From assembly GCA_030150965.1 (NCBI GenBank), contig JASLEW010000115.1, positions 1 to 44,389 of the forward strand: a stretch of 44,389 bases of DNA, given 5' to 3'. This document shows positions 1-9,137 of this stretch, in pieces; position 1 is the first letter of the stretch, and each line of letters begins with the position of its first letter. The notes beneath the pieces are model-generated. The model ran no database searches and was not told where the DNA came from. It was given only the letters and a program-made list of their open reading frames with translations. The DNA is from Thermoanaerobaculia bacterium (GTDB taxonomy: Bacteria > Acidobacteriota > Thermoanaerobaculia > Multivoradales > UBA5704). Made by a program: the position numbers and the translations under genes.

Positions 1-171
1 CGGCCCCTCCGGCGCGGCGCCGGGCCCCCGCCGCGCCGGCAGCCCGCGCCGCCGCTCCACGGGCGGCGGCGCATCGGCCCCGCTCAATCCACGCCGGCCC
101 GCAGGGCCGTATGAAAGTATCGTCAGGCGCACTCGTGCGCCGCGCCTTCTTCCGTGAGAGGACGGGTCATC

Positions 172-885
172 ATGCGAAGCCGAATCCCTGCCATCGCGAT
201 CACGCTGGTGCTGGCGCTCGCCGCGCTCCTGGGTCTGCAGGCGGCCCGGCAGGCGGGAGCCGATGCGATCAACAAGCCGATCCCGCCGCCCGCGCTCGAC
301 ACCCCGGCCGCCGAGGCCACCGGCCCGCAGACCGCCGTGCTCGCCGGCGGCTGCTTCTGGGGCCTCCAGGGGATGTTCGAGCACGTCAAGGGGGTGACCC
401 GCGTGGTCGCCGGCTACTCCGGCGGCAGCAAGGAGTCCGCCCACTACGAGATGGTGGGCACCGAGCGCACCGGCCACGCCGAGTCGGTCGAGATCACCTT
501 CGATCCCAAGCAGGTCAGCTACGGCCAGCTGCTCCAGCTCTACTTCTCGGTGGCCCACGATCCCACCGAGGTCGACCGCCAGGGTCCGGACACCGGCCCC
601 AGCTACCGCTCGGAGATCTTCTACAACTCGCCCACCCAGCGGCGCATCGCCGAGGCCTACGTGGCGCAGCTCGGCAAGGCCAACGTCTTCGACCGCGCCA
701 TCGCCACCAGGATCGAGCAGGAAAAAGGTTTCTATCCGGCCGAGGACTACCATCAGGACTTCCTGATTCACAATCCCCACTACCCCTACATCGTGATCAA
801 CGACCTGCCCAAGATCGACGCCCTCAAGCGCGTCTATCCGCAGCTCTACCGGCCGGCGCCGGTGACGGTCGGCGGCGGACGCTAG
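172..885 (+). CDS. msrA: peptide-methionine (S)-S-oxide reductase MsrA with N-terminal signal/anchor segment
   Basis: ORF 154..885. It has the GCFWG active-site motif (LAGGCFWGLQGMF), AGYSGG, and the GPDTGPSYRSEIFY core typical of MsrA. The ATG at 172 is preceded by GAGAGGA; the GTG at 154 is an alternative start. Confidence 0.9.
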   Translation: MRSRIPAIAITLVLALAALLGLQAARQAGADAINKPIPPPALDTPAAEATGPQTAVLAGGCFWGLQGMFEHVKGVTRVVAGYSGGSKESAHYEMVGTERTGHAESVEITFDPKQVSYGQLLQLYFSVAHDPTEVDRQGPDTGPSYRSEIFYNSPTQRRIAEAYVAQLGKANVFDRAIATRIEQEKGFYPAEDYHQDFLIHNPHYPYIVINDLPKIDALKRVYPQLYRPAPVTVGGGR

Positions 886-943
886 CCCGCGCCAGCCCGC
901 CGCCTTGCCCCGCGGGCGCACCCGCAGGGCCTGGCGTGCCGCC

Positions 944-3010
944 TCAGCGAGGCGGCGCCGCGGCGGCGAGCCGGTAGAGGCCGTAGCCCGCGGTCAGGGC
1001 ATAGAGGCGGCCGGGATCGGCCGCATCGAGCACCAGGCCGGTGACCTCGGCGGCCGGCAGGCCGGCGCCGTAAGGCGACCAGGTGGCGCCGCCGTCGGTG
1101 CTGAGGTAGACGCCCGGGTCGCCGGTCTTTCCTGCCACCGCTCCTGCCGCCGCGCCGCCGCCGCCGCCGACCGGGACGACCGCGGCGTAGACCAGGGCGG
1201 GATGCCGTGGATCGACCGCGACCGCGGCGACGTTGCCGGCCGGCAGGCCGCTGCCCGTCCTGCTCCAGGTGGCGCCGCGGTTGGTGCTCTTGAACACGCC
1301 GTCAGGGGTGGCGGCATAGGCGATGGCGGTCCGCGCCGGATCGAGGGCGAGGTCGGCGACCGCCAGGCGCTTGCCGCGCACCGGCAGCAGCTGCCAGGTC
1401 GCGCCGCCGTCGTCGCTGCGCGACAGGCCGGAGCCGAAGGCGTAGAGGGACGTGGGGTGGGAGGGATCGATCAGGAGCCATGGGCCGTCGAGCGGCAGGT
1501 TCTTCCATACCGCCCCGCCGTCGGCCGTCTTCCAGGAATGAGAATCGCGCGTGTCGCAGGTGTTCTCGTAGGAGCCGCCGAACAGGTACACGGTGGAGGA
1601 CCGGACCGGGTCCAGGGCGATGGAAAAGACGATCATGCAGTCATCCGGAATGTTGGCGAGGGTCCAGGTGGCGCCACCGTCGCCGCTCCAGGCGGCGTCG
1701 AAGAAGGTGCCGCGCCAGAGGATCGTGGGGTGGCGCGGGTCCACCGCCAGCGCCGTCCCGGCGTCCTGGTCCTGCGCCGCCAGGTTGCCGTTGGCCGGCT
1801 GCCAGGCCGGCCGGTCGAGCGCACCGCCGGCCGCGCCGGGAGCGGGCACCTTGCTGCCGACCACGCCCAGGCCCTCGACGCTGGCGTAGACCGTGGCCGG
1901 CGCGCCGGCGGCGATGACCACCCTGTCGATCGTGGTGCCGGTCAGGCCGCGGCTGGCCGAGCGCCAGACCGTGCCGTAGGAGGCGCTTGCCAGGAGGCCC
2001 GAGGTCGCGGCGGCGAAGATCAGGCCGGTCGTCGCCGGGTCGGCGATGAGGGCGCGCCCGTGCTCGGGAACGACCGGGGACGGGATGCCGGTCGCCACCC
2101 AGGTGGCGCCGCGGTCGGTGCTGCGGTAGACGTCCCACGGGCCGATGCCGAAGAGCCAGCCGTTCGGCGCCACCGCCAGGTGATCGACCGTGGCATGGGC
2201 GCCGGCCGTCCAGCTTCCGCCGCCGTCGTCGCTGCGGAAGACCTGCCCATAGGCGGTGGCATAGAGCGTGGCCGGAGCGCCGGGGTCGGCGGCCAGGTCG
2301 TAGACCGGGGTGCCGGGAGGCAGGCCGGCGTTGCTCGCCGTCCAGGTGGCGCCGCCGTCCGTGCTCTTGAAGAAGCCGCCGGCGAGGGCGCCGGCATAGA
2401 CCGTCCCGGGGTGCACGGCATCGAACAGCAGCGCGTAGACCGCCTGCGCGGCGATGGCGCCGCCGAGCGCCGTCCAGGTGGCGCCGTGGTCGGCGCTCTG
2501 GAACAGGCCGGTGAAGGTGCCGGCGAGGAGCCGGCCGGGGGCCGCGGGATCGGCGGCAAGGACCAGCACCAGCGGATTGGGCTCCGGCAGGCCGGCGGTG
2601 TGGATCGTCCAGGTGGCGCCGCCGTCGGCGCTCACCCCCACCCCCACCTCCTTGACCGCGGCGTAGAGCCGCAGCGGGTCGCGCGGATCGACCACCAGGT
2701 CTTCGAGGTCCTGGCCGTTCAGCGCATCGCCGGCGAGCTGCCAGTCGCGGCCGTGGTCGGTGCTGCGGAAGATCCCGCCGCCTCTCGTCACCGCGTACAG
2801 GACGTCCGGCGCTCCGGGGGCCTGGGCGATCTCGCGCAGCGGTCCGCCGTTGGGACCGATCGGCTGCCACTCCTGGGCGCCCAGAGGCGGCGCCAGACCG
2901 GCGCCGCCCAGGGCCAGAAGGGCCGCGGCGACGGCCGTGGCAAGGGAACGCCGGCGGCAGCGGCGGCACGCGGGCAGGCAGGGGAAGGCTGCTGGGGACG
3001 GCGGAGCCAT
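944..3010 (-). CDS. secreted BNR/Asp-box repeat protein (sialidase-like beta-propeller fold)
   Basis: 688-aa ORF with an N-terminal signal-like segment (LATAVAAALLALGGAGLA). It carries many S-x-D-x-G-x-T-W Asp-box repeats (STDGGATW, SDDGGATW, SADGGATW, STNRGATW, STDRGATW). Confidence 0.8.
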   Translation of the reverse strand: MAPPSPAAFPCLPACRRCRRRSLATAVAAALLALGGAGLAPPLGAQEWQPIGPNGGPLREIAQAPGAPDVLYAVTRGGGIFRSTDHGRDWQLAGDALNGQDLEDLVVDPRDPLRLYAAVKEVGVGVSADGGATWTIHTAGLPEPNPLVLVLAADPAAPGRLLAGTFTGLFQSADHGATWTALGGAIAAQAVYALLFDAVHPGTVYAGALAGGFFKSTDGGATWTASNAGLPPGTPVYDLAADPGAPATLYATAYGQVFRSDDGGGSWTAGAHATVDHLAVAPNGWLFGIGPWDVYRSTDRGATWVATGIPSPVVPEHGRALIADPATTGLIFAAATSGLLASASYGTVWRSASRGLTGTTIDRVVIAAGAPATVYASVEGLGVVGSKVPAPGAAGGALDRPAWQPANGNLAAQDQDAGTALAVDPRHPTILWRGTFFDAAWSGDGGATWTLANIPDDCMIVFSIALDPVRSSTVYLFGGSYENTCDTRDSHSWKTADGGAVWKNLPLDGPWLLIDPSHPTSLYAFGSGLSRSDDGGATWQLLPVRGKRLAVADLALDPARTAIAYAATPDGVFKSTNRGATWSRTGSGLPAGNVAAVAVDPRHPALVYAAVVPVGGGGGAAAGAVAGKTGDPGVYLSTDGGATWSPYGAGLPAAEVTGLVLDAADPGRLYALTAGYGLYRLAAAAPPR

Positions 3011-3111
3011 CCCATACTTCTATTCTTCTATGCATTGAATGTCAAGGCTTGACTTGATCGGCGGCGAGGGACTGGTAGGATCGTTCATACCTCCGTGACT
3101 CTCGTGGGCGG

Positions 3112-6100
3112 ATGAGCGGATCGATGAGCAACCGGCGCGCGCTGCGGCTCGCCGTCCGGCCGGGCATCGCCGTGCCGCTGCTGCTGGCCCTGGCGGCGCT
3201 GGCGGCGCCGGCCCCGGCGGCGGCGCTGCCGCAGGCACCCCTGGACGGCGGCGGCGAGGTGGTGGCGTTCGGGCGGGTGCAGGTGCCGGACGACGTGCCC
3301 GCCCACCTGTGCACGGCGCTGGCACAGGACCGCGCCGGGTTCCTGTGGATCGGCACCCAGGGCGGGCTGGTCCGCTACGACGGCCACCAGTTCCGGGTCT
3401 TCCGCCCGGACCCCGGCGATCCGCGCTCGCTCGGCGGCAGCTACGTGCGGTCGCTCCTCGCCGCGGCCGACGGGCGGCTGTGGATCGGCACCTTCAGCAG
3501 CGGCCTCTCGGTCTACGATCCGGCCACCGGCGCCTTCACCCGCTACCTGCACGATCCGCGCAATCCGGGCAGCCTGGCGCACGACCGCGTCGAGGGGCTG
3601 GCCGAGGACCGCGCGGGGCGGCTGTGGATCGCCACCTACGAGGGGCTCGACCGGCTCGACCCCGCGAGCGGCAGGATCGCCCACTTCCGCCACGCGCCCG
3701 GCGACCCGCGGAGCCTCGCCGACGACCGCGTGCGCGGCGTGCTGATCGACGGCGCCGGGCGGCTCTGGGTGGGCGGCGGCGACGGCCTCCAGCTCTGGCG
3801 CGGCGAGGGGCGCGGCTTCGAGCGCGTCGCCTCCGACCCCCGCGTCCCCGGGTCGCTCGCCGGCCAGTTCGTCGCCAAGCTCACCGCCGACGCACGGGGC
3901 CGCCTCTGGATCGGCACCACCGACCACGGCGCGGCGGTGCTCGATCCCCGCGACGGCTCGCTCCGCCGCCTCGCCCCGGGCCCTCGGCAGACCTTCAACG
4001 TCGCCGGCTCGCCGGCCTCGCCGGGCTTCGGCGCTGCTGCTGCCGGAGCCGGGAGCGCCGGGTCCGGCGGCGCCGCCCCCGGCCTCAGCCACTTCTGGGT
4101 GTACGGCTTCGCCGAGGTGCGGCCGGACGAGATGTGGATCGCCACCTTCGGCGGCGGCATCGACGTCGTCGATCCCGCCTCGCTCGCCGTGGTGGCGCGC
4201 CTGCGCCACGATCCGGCGCTCGACAGCACGATCGGCAGCGACCGCGTGGGGGCGCTGCTGCGCGACCGGTCGGGCGTCGTGTGGGTGGGGACCTGGGGGC
4301 GCGGGCTGATGCGCCACGACCCGGCGGCGCGCGCCTTCCAGGCGCTGCGCTACACGCCGAACCGGCCGGACGGCCTCACCCATCCCGAGATCGTGCGCGC
4401 GCTGCCGCTCGCCGACGGCACCGTCTGGGCGGGCACCAACGGCAACGGCGTGGACGTGCTCGACCGCGCCGGACGGCGCATCGCCGGCCACCGGCCCGAT
4501 CCCGCCGACCCGCGGGCGCTGGCGGACGGAGCGGTGACCTGCCTGGCGCAGGGCGCCGACGGCGCCGTCTGGGTGGCGACGCTCGACGGCATGCTGCACC
4601 GCCGCCGCCCCGGCGCCCGCGGCTTCGACCGGCTGACGCCGCGGGACGGCCTGCCCGGCGGGCCGATCCGCACCCTGCTCTTCGGCCCCGACGGCGCCCT
4701 GTGGGCCGGCGCCGCCGGCGGCCTGGCGCGCATCGATCCCGCGACGCTCGCGGTCCGCACCTGGCGCCACCGCGGCGACGACCCCGCCTCGCTCTCCGGC
4801 GTCGCCGTCGAAGCGCTCGCCTTCGATGGCCGCGGGACCCTCTGGGTGGGCACCGAGAGCGGGCTCAACGCCTTCGATCCGGCGCGCGGCACGGCGCGGC
4901 GCATCCTCCACGAGCCGGGGCGCCGCGACGGCCTGCCCGCCGGCTGGGTCCCCGACCTGATGGTGGCGCGCGACGGCCGGCTGTGGGTCGCCACCCCTGG
5001 CGGCGCCTGCATCCTCACCTCCTGGGACGGCCGCACGGCGCGCTTCGCCGCCGTGGCCGAGCGCCTCGGGCGCGCGCCGGAGCCGGTCGAGTCGCTGATC
5101 GAGGACGCCGGCGGCTTCGTCTGGCTCGGCCCGCGCCTGCGGGTCGATCCGCGGCGCTGGACGGCGCAGGACTTCGGGCCGGCCGACGGCTGCACCTTCC
5201 ACGAGTTCTTCATCGCCAGCCGCGCGCGGACGGGCGAGGGCACGCTGCTCTTCGGCTCTCCCGAGGGGCTGCTCGCGGTGCGGCCGGAGCGCATCGTCCC
5301 CTGGACCTTCGCGCCGCCGCTCGTGGTCACCGGCCTGCAGGTCGACGGCGTCGAGCGGCGGGGCGCCCAGGCGCTGCGCCGATTGCAGCTTCCCCCCGGC
5401 ACGCGCGGCTTCCGGCTGGAGTTCGCGGCGCTCGATTTCACCGCGCCGTCGCGCAACGCCTACCGCTACCGCCTGGTCGGCTACGACGACCGCTGGCTGC
5501 CGGCGAGCGCCGCCGTGCAGTCGGTCGCCTACAACAGCCTGCCGCCGGGGCGCTACCTGCTGCGCATCCAGGGGACCAACCGCGCCGGCCGCTGGAGCCC
5601 GAGCGAGATCGGGCTCGCGGTGACGGTGCTCCCGGCCTTCCACCAGACCGCGGCGTTCCGCCTCCTGGTGGCGCTCGCGGCGATCGCCCTCGCCTATGCC
5701 GCCTACCGCCTGCGCGTGGGCCGCCTGGAGGCGCGCGGCCGGGAGCTCGAGCGGCAGGTGCGGGAGCGGACCCTGGCGCTGTCGGAGAGCAACCGCGAGC
5801 TGGCCGCGGCCTACGAGCGCATCGAGGAGGCGAGCCTGACCGACCCGCTGACCCGCCTGCGCAACCGCCGCTTCCTCGACCAGAGCATCGGCGGCGACCT
5901 GGAGCTCGCGGCGCGGCGTCACGAGGACGGCGGGCCGGCGGCGGCGGAGAGCGCGCTCGTCTTCCTGCTGCTCGACCTGGATCACTTCAAGAGCGTCAAC
6001 GACACCCACGGCCACGCCGCCGGCGACGCGGTCCTGGTGCAGACCGCGCGGCTCCTGGCCGCCGCCTGCCGCGCCTCGGACCACGTGGTGCGCTGGGGCG

Positions 6101-6495
6101 GCGAGGAGTTCCTGGTCGTCGCCCGCTTCTGCGACCGGCGCACCGCCCCCGACCTGGCGGAGAAGATCCGCGCCGCGATCGCCGGCCACGAGTTCCGCCT
6201 CGACGGCGGCACGGTCCTGAGGCGCACCGCCTCGATCGGCTTCGCCGTCTACCCGTTCGCGCCGCGCCTGCCGCGCGCCGCCGGCTGGCAGGAGATCGTC
6301 GCCCTCGCCGACCTCGCCCTCTACGCCGCCAAGCGCAGCGGCCGCGACCGGTGGGTGGGGATCGAGGCCGGCGAGGCCGCCGACCCGCCGGCCGCCCTGC
6401 GCCGCTTCCTCGGCGACCCCGCCCCCGCGGTGGCCAGCCGCGAGATCCGCGTCCAGGCCCCCGCCGGCACGGCGGAGAGCCTGCGCTGGGCGTAG
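3112..6495 (+). CDS. sensor diguanylate cyclase: periplasmic two-component-regulator propeller/Y_Y_Y region, one TM, coiled coil, GGDEF domain
   Basis: 1127-aa ORF with a signal peptide and repeated G-LWIGT / WVGT propeller motifs. A TM segment (FRLLVALAAIALAYAAY) follows, then a GGEEF motif at nt 6097..6111 with an RxxD I-site (RASD) five residues upstream. Confidence 0.9.
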   Translation: MSGSMSNRRALRLAVRPGIAVPLLLALAALAAPAPAAALPQAPLDGGGEVVAFGRVQVPDDVPAHLCTALAQDRAGFLWIGTQGGLVRYDGHQFRVFRPDPGDPRSLGGSYVRSLLAAADGRLWIGTFSSGLSVYDPATGAFTRYLHDPRNPGSLAHDRVEGLAEDRAGRLWIATYEGLDRLDPASGRIAHFRHAPGDPRSLADDRVRGVLIDGAGRLWVGGGDGLQLWRGEGRGFERVASDPRVPGSLAGQFVAKLTADARGRLWIGTTDHGAAVLDPRDGSLRRLAPGPRQTFNVAGSPASPGFGAAAAGAGSAGSGGAAPGLSHFWVYGFAEVRPDEMWIATFGGGIDVVDPASLAVVARLRHDPALDSTIGSDRVGALLRDRSGVVWVGTWGRGLMRHDPAARAFQALRYTPNRPDGLTHPEIVRALPLADGTVWAGTNGNGVDVLDRAGRRIAGHRPDPADPRALADGAVTCLAQGADGAVWVATLDGMLHRRRPGARGFDRLTPRDGLPGGPIRTLLFGPDGALWAGAAGGLARIDPATLAVRTWRHRGDDPASLSGVAVEALAFDGRGTLWVGTESGLNAFDPARGTARRILHEPGRRDGLPAGWVPDLMVARDGRLWVATPGGACILTSWDGRTARFAAVAERLGRAPEPVESLIEDAGGFVWLGPRLRVDPRRWTAQDFGPADGCTFHEFFIASRARTGEGTLLFGSPEGLLAVRPERIVPWTFAPPLVVTGLQVDGVERRGAQALRRLQLPPGTRGFRLEFAALDFTAPSRNAYRYRLVGYDDRWLPASAAVQSVAYNSLPPGRYLLRIQGTNRAGRWSPSEIGLAVTVLPAFHQTAAFRLLVALAAIALAYAAYRLRVGRLEARGRELERQVRERTLALSESNRELAAAYERIEEASLTDPLTRLRNRRFLDQSIGGDLELAARRHEDGGPAAAESALVFLLLDLDHFKSVNDTHGHAAGDAVLVQTARLLAAACRASDHVVRWGGEEFLVVARFCDRRTAPDLAEKIRAAIAGHEFRLDGGTVLRRTASIGFAVYPFAPRLPRAAGWQEIVALADLALYAAKRSGRDRWVGIEAGEAADPPAALRRFLGDPAPAVASREIRVQAPAGTAESLRWA

Positions 6496-6724
6496 GCCCC
6501 TCCTGCGCTGCCTGCACTGCCATTGCCTCGGCGCCCCCGGCGCCGTGCCGGCCGGCCGCGCCAGGCACCCCGACGGCCGACCAACCGCAGGGCCTCGAAC
6601 CGGGCTCTGGCTGGGCACCCTTTGCCCGTCTTGCGGGGACGCCTCGACCGCTCGCGGTCAACGGGCGGCCGAGGGCTCACCCGCGGCAGCGGAATGGCCC
6701 GTAGCCCTCTCCCATACCTTGACA

Positions 6725-6769
6725 TCTGGGTATCTCTCGGCTCAACCTATACCCAGTCCTCTGGGTATC
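6725..6769. promoter_or_regulatory. operator-like repeat set upstream of the PadR gene
   Basis: CTGGGTAT at 6726..6733 has its exact inverted copy ATACCCAG at 6749..6756. A third direct copy lies at 6761..6768 (10-bp TCTGGGTATC repeated at 6725 and 6760). TTGACA at 6719..6724 lies just upstream. The set is about 90 nt before the PadR ATG. Confidence 0.35.
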
Positions 6770-6857
6770 AGCCCGGCGGACCTGGCCGGCGGCCGGCGGA
6801 AGACGGAGCAGGGGAGGAAGCCGGCGGACGCCCGAGGACAGCGGAGGCCGAATCACC

Positions 6858-7214
6858 ATGAAGACGACCAGCGACCGGCTGCGCGGCACCCTCGACGCCC
6901 TCATCCTCAAGGCCCTGGCGGCGGCGGGGCCGCTGCACGGCTACGGCGTCTCGCGCTGGCTGCGCACCCGCGGCGCGCAGGCGCTGCGGGTCGAGGAGGG
7001 GACGCTCTATCCGGCGCTCTACCGCCTGGAGCGCCTGGGCTGGATCGAGGCCGATTGGGGCCTCTCGGAGCTGGGGCGGCGCGCCCGCTTCTACCGCCTG
7101 ACGCCCGAGGGCGAGCGGCAGCTGGAGGTGGAGATCAGGACCTTCGCCGAGTTCCTGGCGGCGGTGGCGCCGATCCTGCTGCCAGGCCCGGCGCCGGCGC
7201 CGGAGGCGGGCTGA
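6858..7214 (+). CDS. PadR family transcriptional regulator
   Basis: 118-aa ORF with the winged-helix PadR signature (LHGYGVSRWL ... EGTLYPALYRLERLGWIEADWG). GGAGG lies upstream of the ATG. Confidence 0.9.
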   Translation: MKTTSDRLRGTLDALILKALAAAGPLHGYGVSRWLRTRGAQALRVEEGTLYPALYRLERLGWIEADWGLSELGRRARFYRLTPEGERQLEVEIRTFAEFLAAVAPILLPGPAPAPEAG

Positions 7215-7308
7215 TGGCCCGGCCCGACCCAGCGCCCCCACCGGCGGCCGCGGCAGAGACCGGGCACCGCCCCACCGCCGGGACCGCCAGCCCCGGCGGC
7301 CCACGGCG

Positions 7309-8544
7309 ATGAGCACGAGCGCGCCGCGCCGCACCCGCCAGGGCTTCGAGCGCCGCCTGCGGGCGCGCATCCTCGGCCCGTCGATCGAGGACCAGGTGGC
7401 CGAGGAGATCGAGCTGCACGTCGAGCTGCTGGCGCGGGAGCTGATGGAGGAAGGGATGAGCGAGGCACAGGCAAGGGCCGAGGCGGCCCAGCGCTTCCAC
7501 GACCGCGCCCAGGTGGAGGCCGCCTGCGCGGCCATCGCCCGCCGCAGCGAGCGGCGCTGGCGCTGGCGGATCTTCCTCGGCGAGCTGCGCGACGACATGC
7601 GCCAGGGCGTGCGGCAGCTGCTGCGCGCCCCCTCCTTCGCCGCCGTCGCCCTGCTCACCCTGGCCGCCGGGATCGGCGCCACCACCGCCATCTTCAGCGT
7701 CGTCGAGGGGGTCGTGCTGCGCCAGTTCCCCTTCGCCCATCCCGAGCGGGTGACGATCGTCTCGGAGCTGTGGAGGGAGGGCGACAGCGACTTCTCGGTG
7801 GGCAACTTCGCCGACCTGGAGGAGCCCGCCGCCCGCGGCTTCGCGGCGTTCGCGGCGCAGCGCTTCCTGCCGCTCAACCTGGCCGACGGCGACCATCCCG
7901 AGCGCTTGCTGGCGGCGCCGGTGTCGCACCGCTTCTTCGCCGTCTTCGGCGTCGAGCCCCGGCTCGGCCGCACCTTCACCGCGCGCGAGGACCGGCCCGG
8001 GGCGGAGCCGGTCGCGGTGCTCTCCGACGGGCTCTGGCGCGAGCGGCTCGGCGCCGACCCCGCCATCCTGCAGCGCTCGATCCACCTGTCGGGACGCGCC
8101 TACCGGGTGGTCGGCGTCATGCCGCCGGGCTTCGATCCCACCCTGTCGCACGAGGAGCTGTGGCTGCCGATCGCCTTCACCCCGGCGCAGCGCGCCCAGC
8201 ACGACGACCACTTCCTCGAGGTGGTGGGGCTGCTGCGGCCAGGGATCAGCCCGGCCGCGGCCCAGGCCGGGCTGACGCCGGCGATGCGGCGGGTGGCGCA
8301 GCTCCATCCCGAGGGCAACTCCACCCGCACCGGCGTGCACGTCGTGCCGCTGGCCGATAAGGTGATCGGTTCCTACCGCCAGCGCCTGCTCGTCCTCCTC
8401 GCGGCGGTCGGCCTGGTGCTGCTGATCGCCTGCGCCAACGTGGCGAGCCTGCTGCTCGCCCGCGGCTCGGGGCGGGCGCGCGAGCTGGCCATCCGCGCCG
8501 CGGTCGGCGCCGGCGCGGGGCGGATCGTGCGCCAGCTGACGTGA
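7309..8544 (+). CDS. ADOP/MacB-type FtsX permease, N-terminal portion (truncated)
   Basis: The order is an N-terminal helical prefix, TM1 (FAAVALLTLAAGIGATTAIF), and a MacB-like periplasmic domain. The first FtsX helix follows (LLVLLAAVGLVLLIACANVASLLLARG...RELAIRAAVGAG). The ORF stops immediately after that helix, and the remaining FtsX helices are missing. Confidence 0.75.
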   Translation: MSTSAPRRTRQGFERRLRARILGPSIEDQVAEEIELHVELLARELMEEGMSEAQARAEAAQRFHDRAQVEAACAAIARRSERRWRWRIFLGELRDDMRQGVRQLLRAPSFAAVALLTLAAGIGATTAIFSVVEGVVLRQFPFAHPERVTIVSELWREGDSDFSVGNFADLEEPAARGFAAFAAQRFLPLNLADGDHPERLLAAPVSHRFFAVFGVEPRLGRTFTAREDRPGAEPVAVLSDGLWRERLGADPAILQRSIHLSGRAYRVVGVMPPGFDPTLSHEELWLPIAFTPAQRAQHDDHFLEVVGLLRPGISPAAAQAGLTPAMRRVAQLHPEGNSTRTGVHVVPLADKVIGSYRQRLLVLLAAVGLVLLIACANVASLLLARGSGRARELAIRAAVGAGAGRIVRQLT

Positions 8545-9137
8545 CCCCGGAGTTCTACCTGCCGGTCGCCCAGGCGCCGCCCGAGGCCTGGACCTGGATC
8601 CAGCGCACCATGAGCCTGGTGGCGCGCGGCCGCGACCCGCGCCTCCTGGCCGGCGTGATGCGCGCCACGGTGCGCGGCCTCGATCCGTCGCTGCCGCTCA
8701 CCTTCAGCTCGCTCGGCGAGGCGCTGCGCGGCGCCACCGCGGAGGAGCGCTTCTACACCCTCCTGCTGTTCACCCTCGGCCTGCTCGGCCTGTTCCTGGC
8801 GGCGGTGGGCGTCTACGGCGTGATCGCCTACTTCGCCGGCCTGCGCACCCGCGAGATCGGCATCCGCATCGCCCTGGGCGCCAGCCGGCGCAGCGTCCTG
8901 GCCCTCATCGCCTGGCAGGGCGTGCCGCCGGTCGCGGGCGGCCTCGCCGCCGGCGCCGCCGGCGCCCTCGCCGCCACCCGCGGCCTCCAGGGCTCGCTCC
9001 ACGGCGTGAGCCCAACCGATCCGCTGACCTTCCTCTGCGTCATCCTGGTGCTCGCGGCGACCGCCGGCTGCGCCGTGCTCATCCCGGCCCTCGGCGCCAC
9101 CCGGGTCAATCCGCAGGAGGCGATCCTGCGGCCCTGA
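8541..9137 (+). CDS. ADOP/MacB-type FtsX permease, C-terminal portion
   Basis: It starts at a GTG that overlaps the upstream stop (GTGA) in a different frame. It encodes the end of a periplasmic domain plus a complete FtsX three-helix module (REIGIRIALGAS... LTFLCVILVLAATAGCAVLIPAL). Confidence 0.7.
   Translation: MTPEFYLPVAQAPPEAWTWIQRTMSLVARGRDPRLLAGVMRATVRGLDPSLPLTFSSLGEALRGATAEERFYTLLLFTLGLLGLFLAAVGVYGVIAYFAGLRTREIGIRIALGASRRSVLALIAWQGVPPVAGGLAAGAAGALAATRGLQGSLHGVSPTDPLTFLCVILVLAATAGCAVLIPALGATRVNPQEAILRP

Noticed and set aside
905-3052. 715-aa plus-strand ORF.
   Set aside because: It is antisense to the BNR/Asp-box gene, whose repeats give strong frame support. Its composition is R/G/A-rich.
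3011-3111. Sigma-70 promoter call in the AT-richer divergent region between the BNR and GGDEF genes (TTGACT at 3049..3054).
   Set aside because: The best -10-like hexamer, TAGGAT at 3076..3081, is 21 nt away from the -35 element, which is outside normal spacing. A promoter probably exists here, but I cannot place it.
3085-6618. 1177-aa minus-strand ORF, plus the 1131-aa plus-strand ORF at 3309..6704.
   Set aside because: Both overlap the GGDEF sensor gene in other frames or on the other strand. They have Arg/Pro/Gly-rich low-information composition, whereas the 3112..6495 frame carries clear domain motifs.
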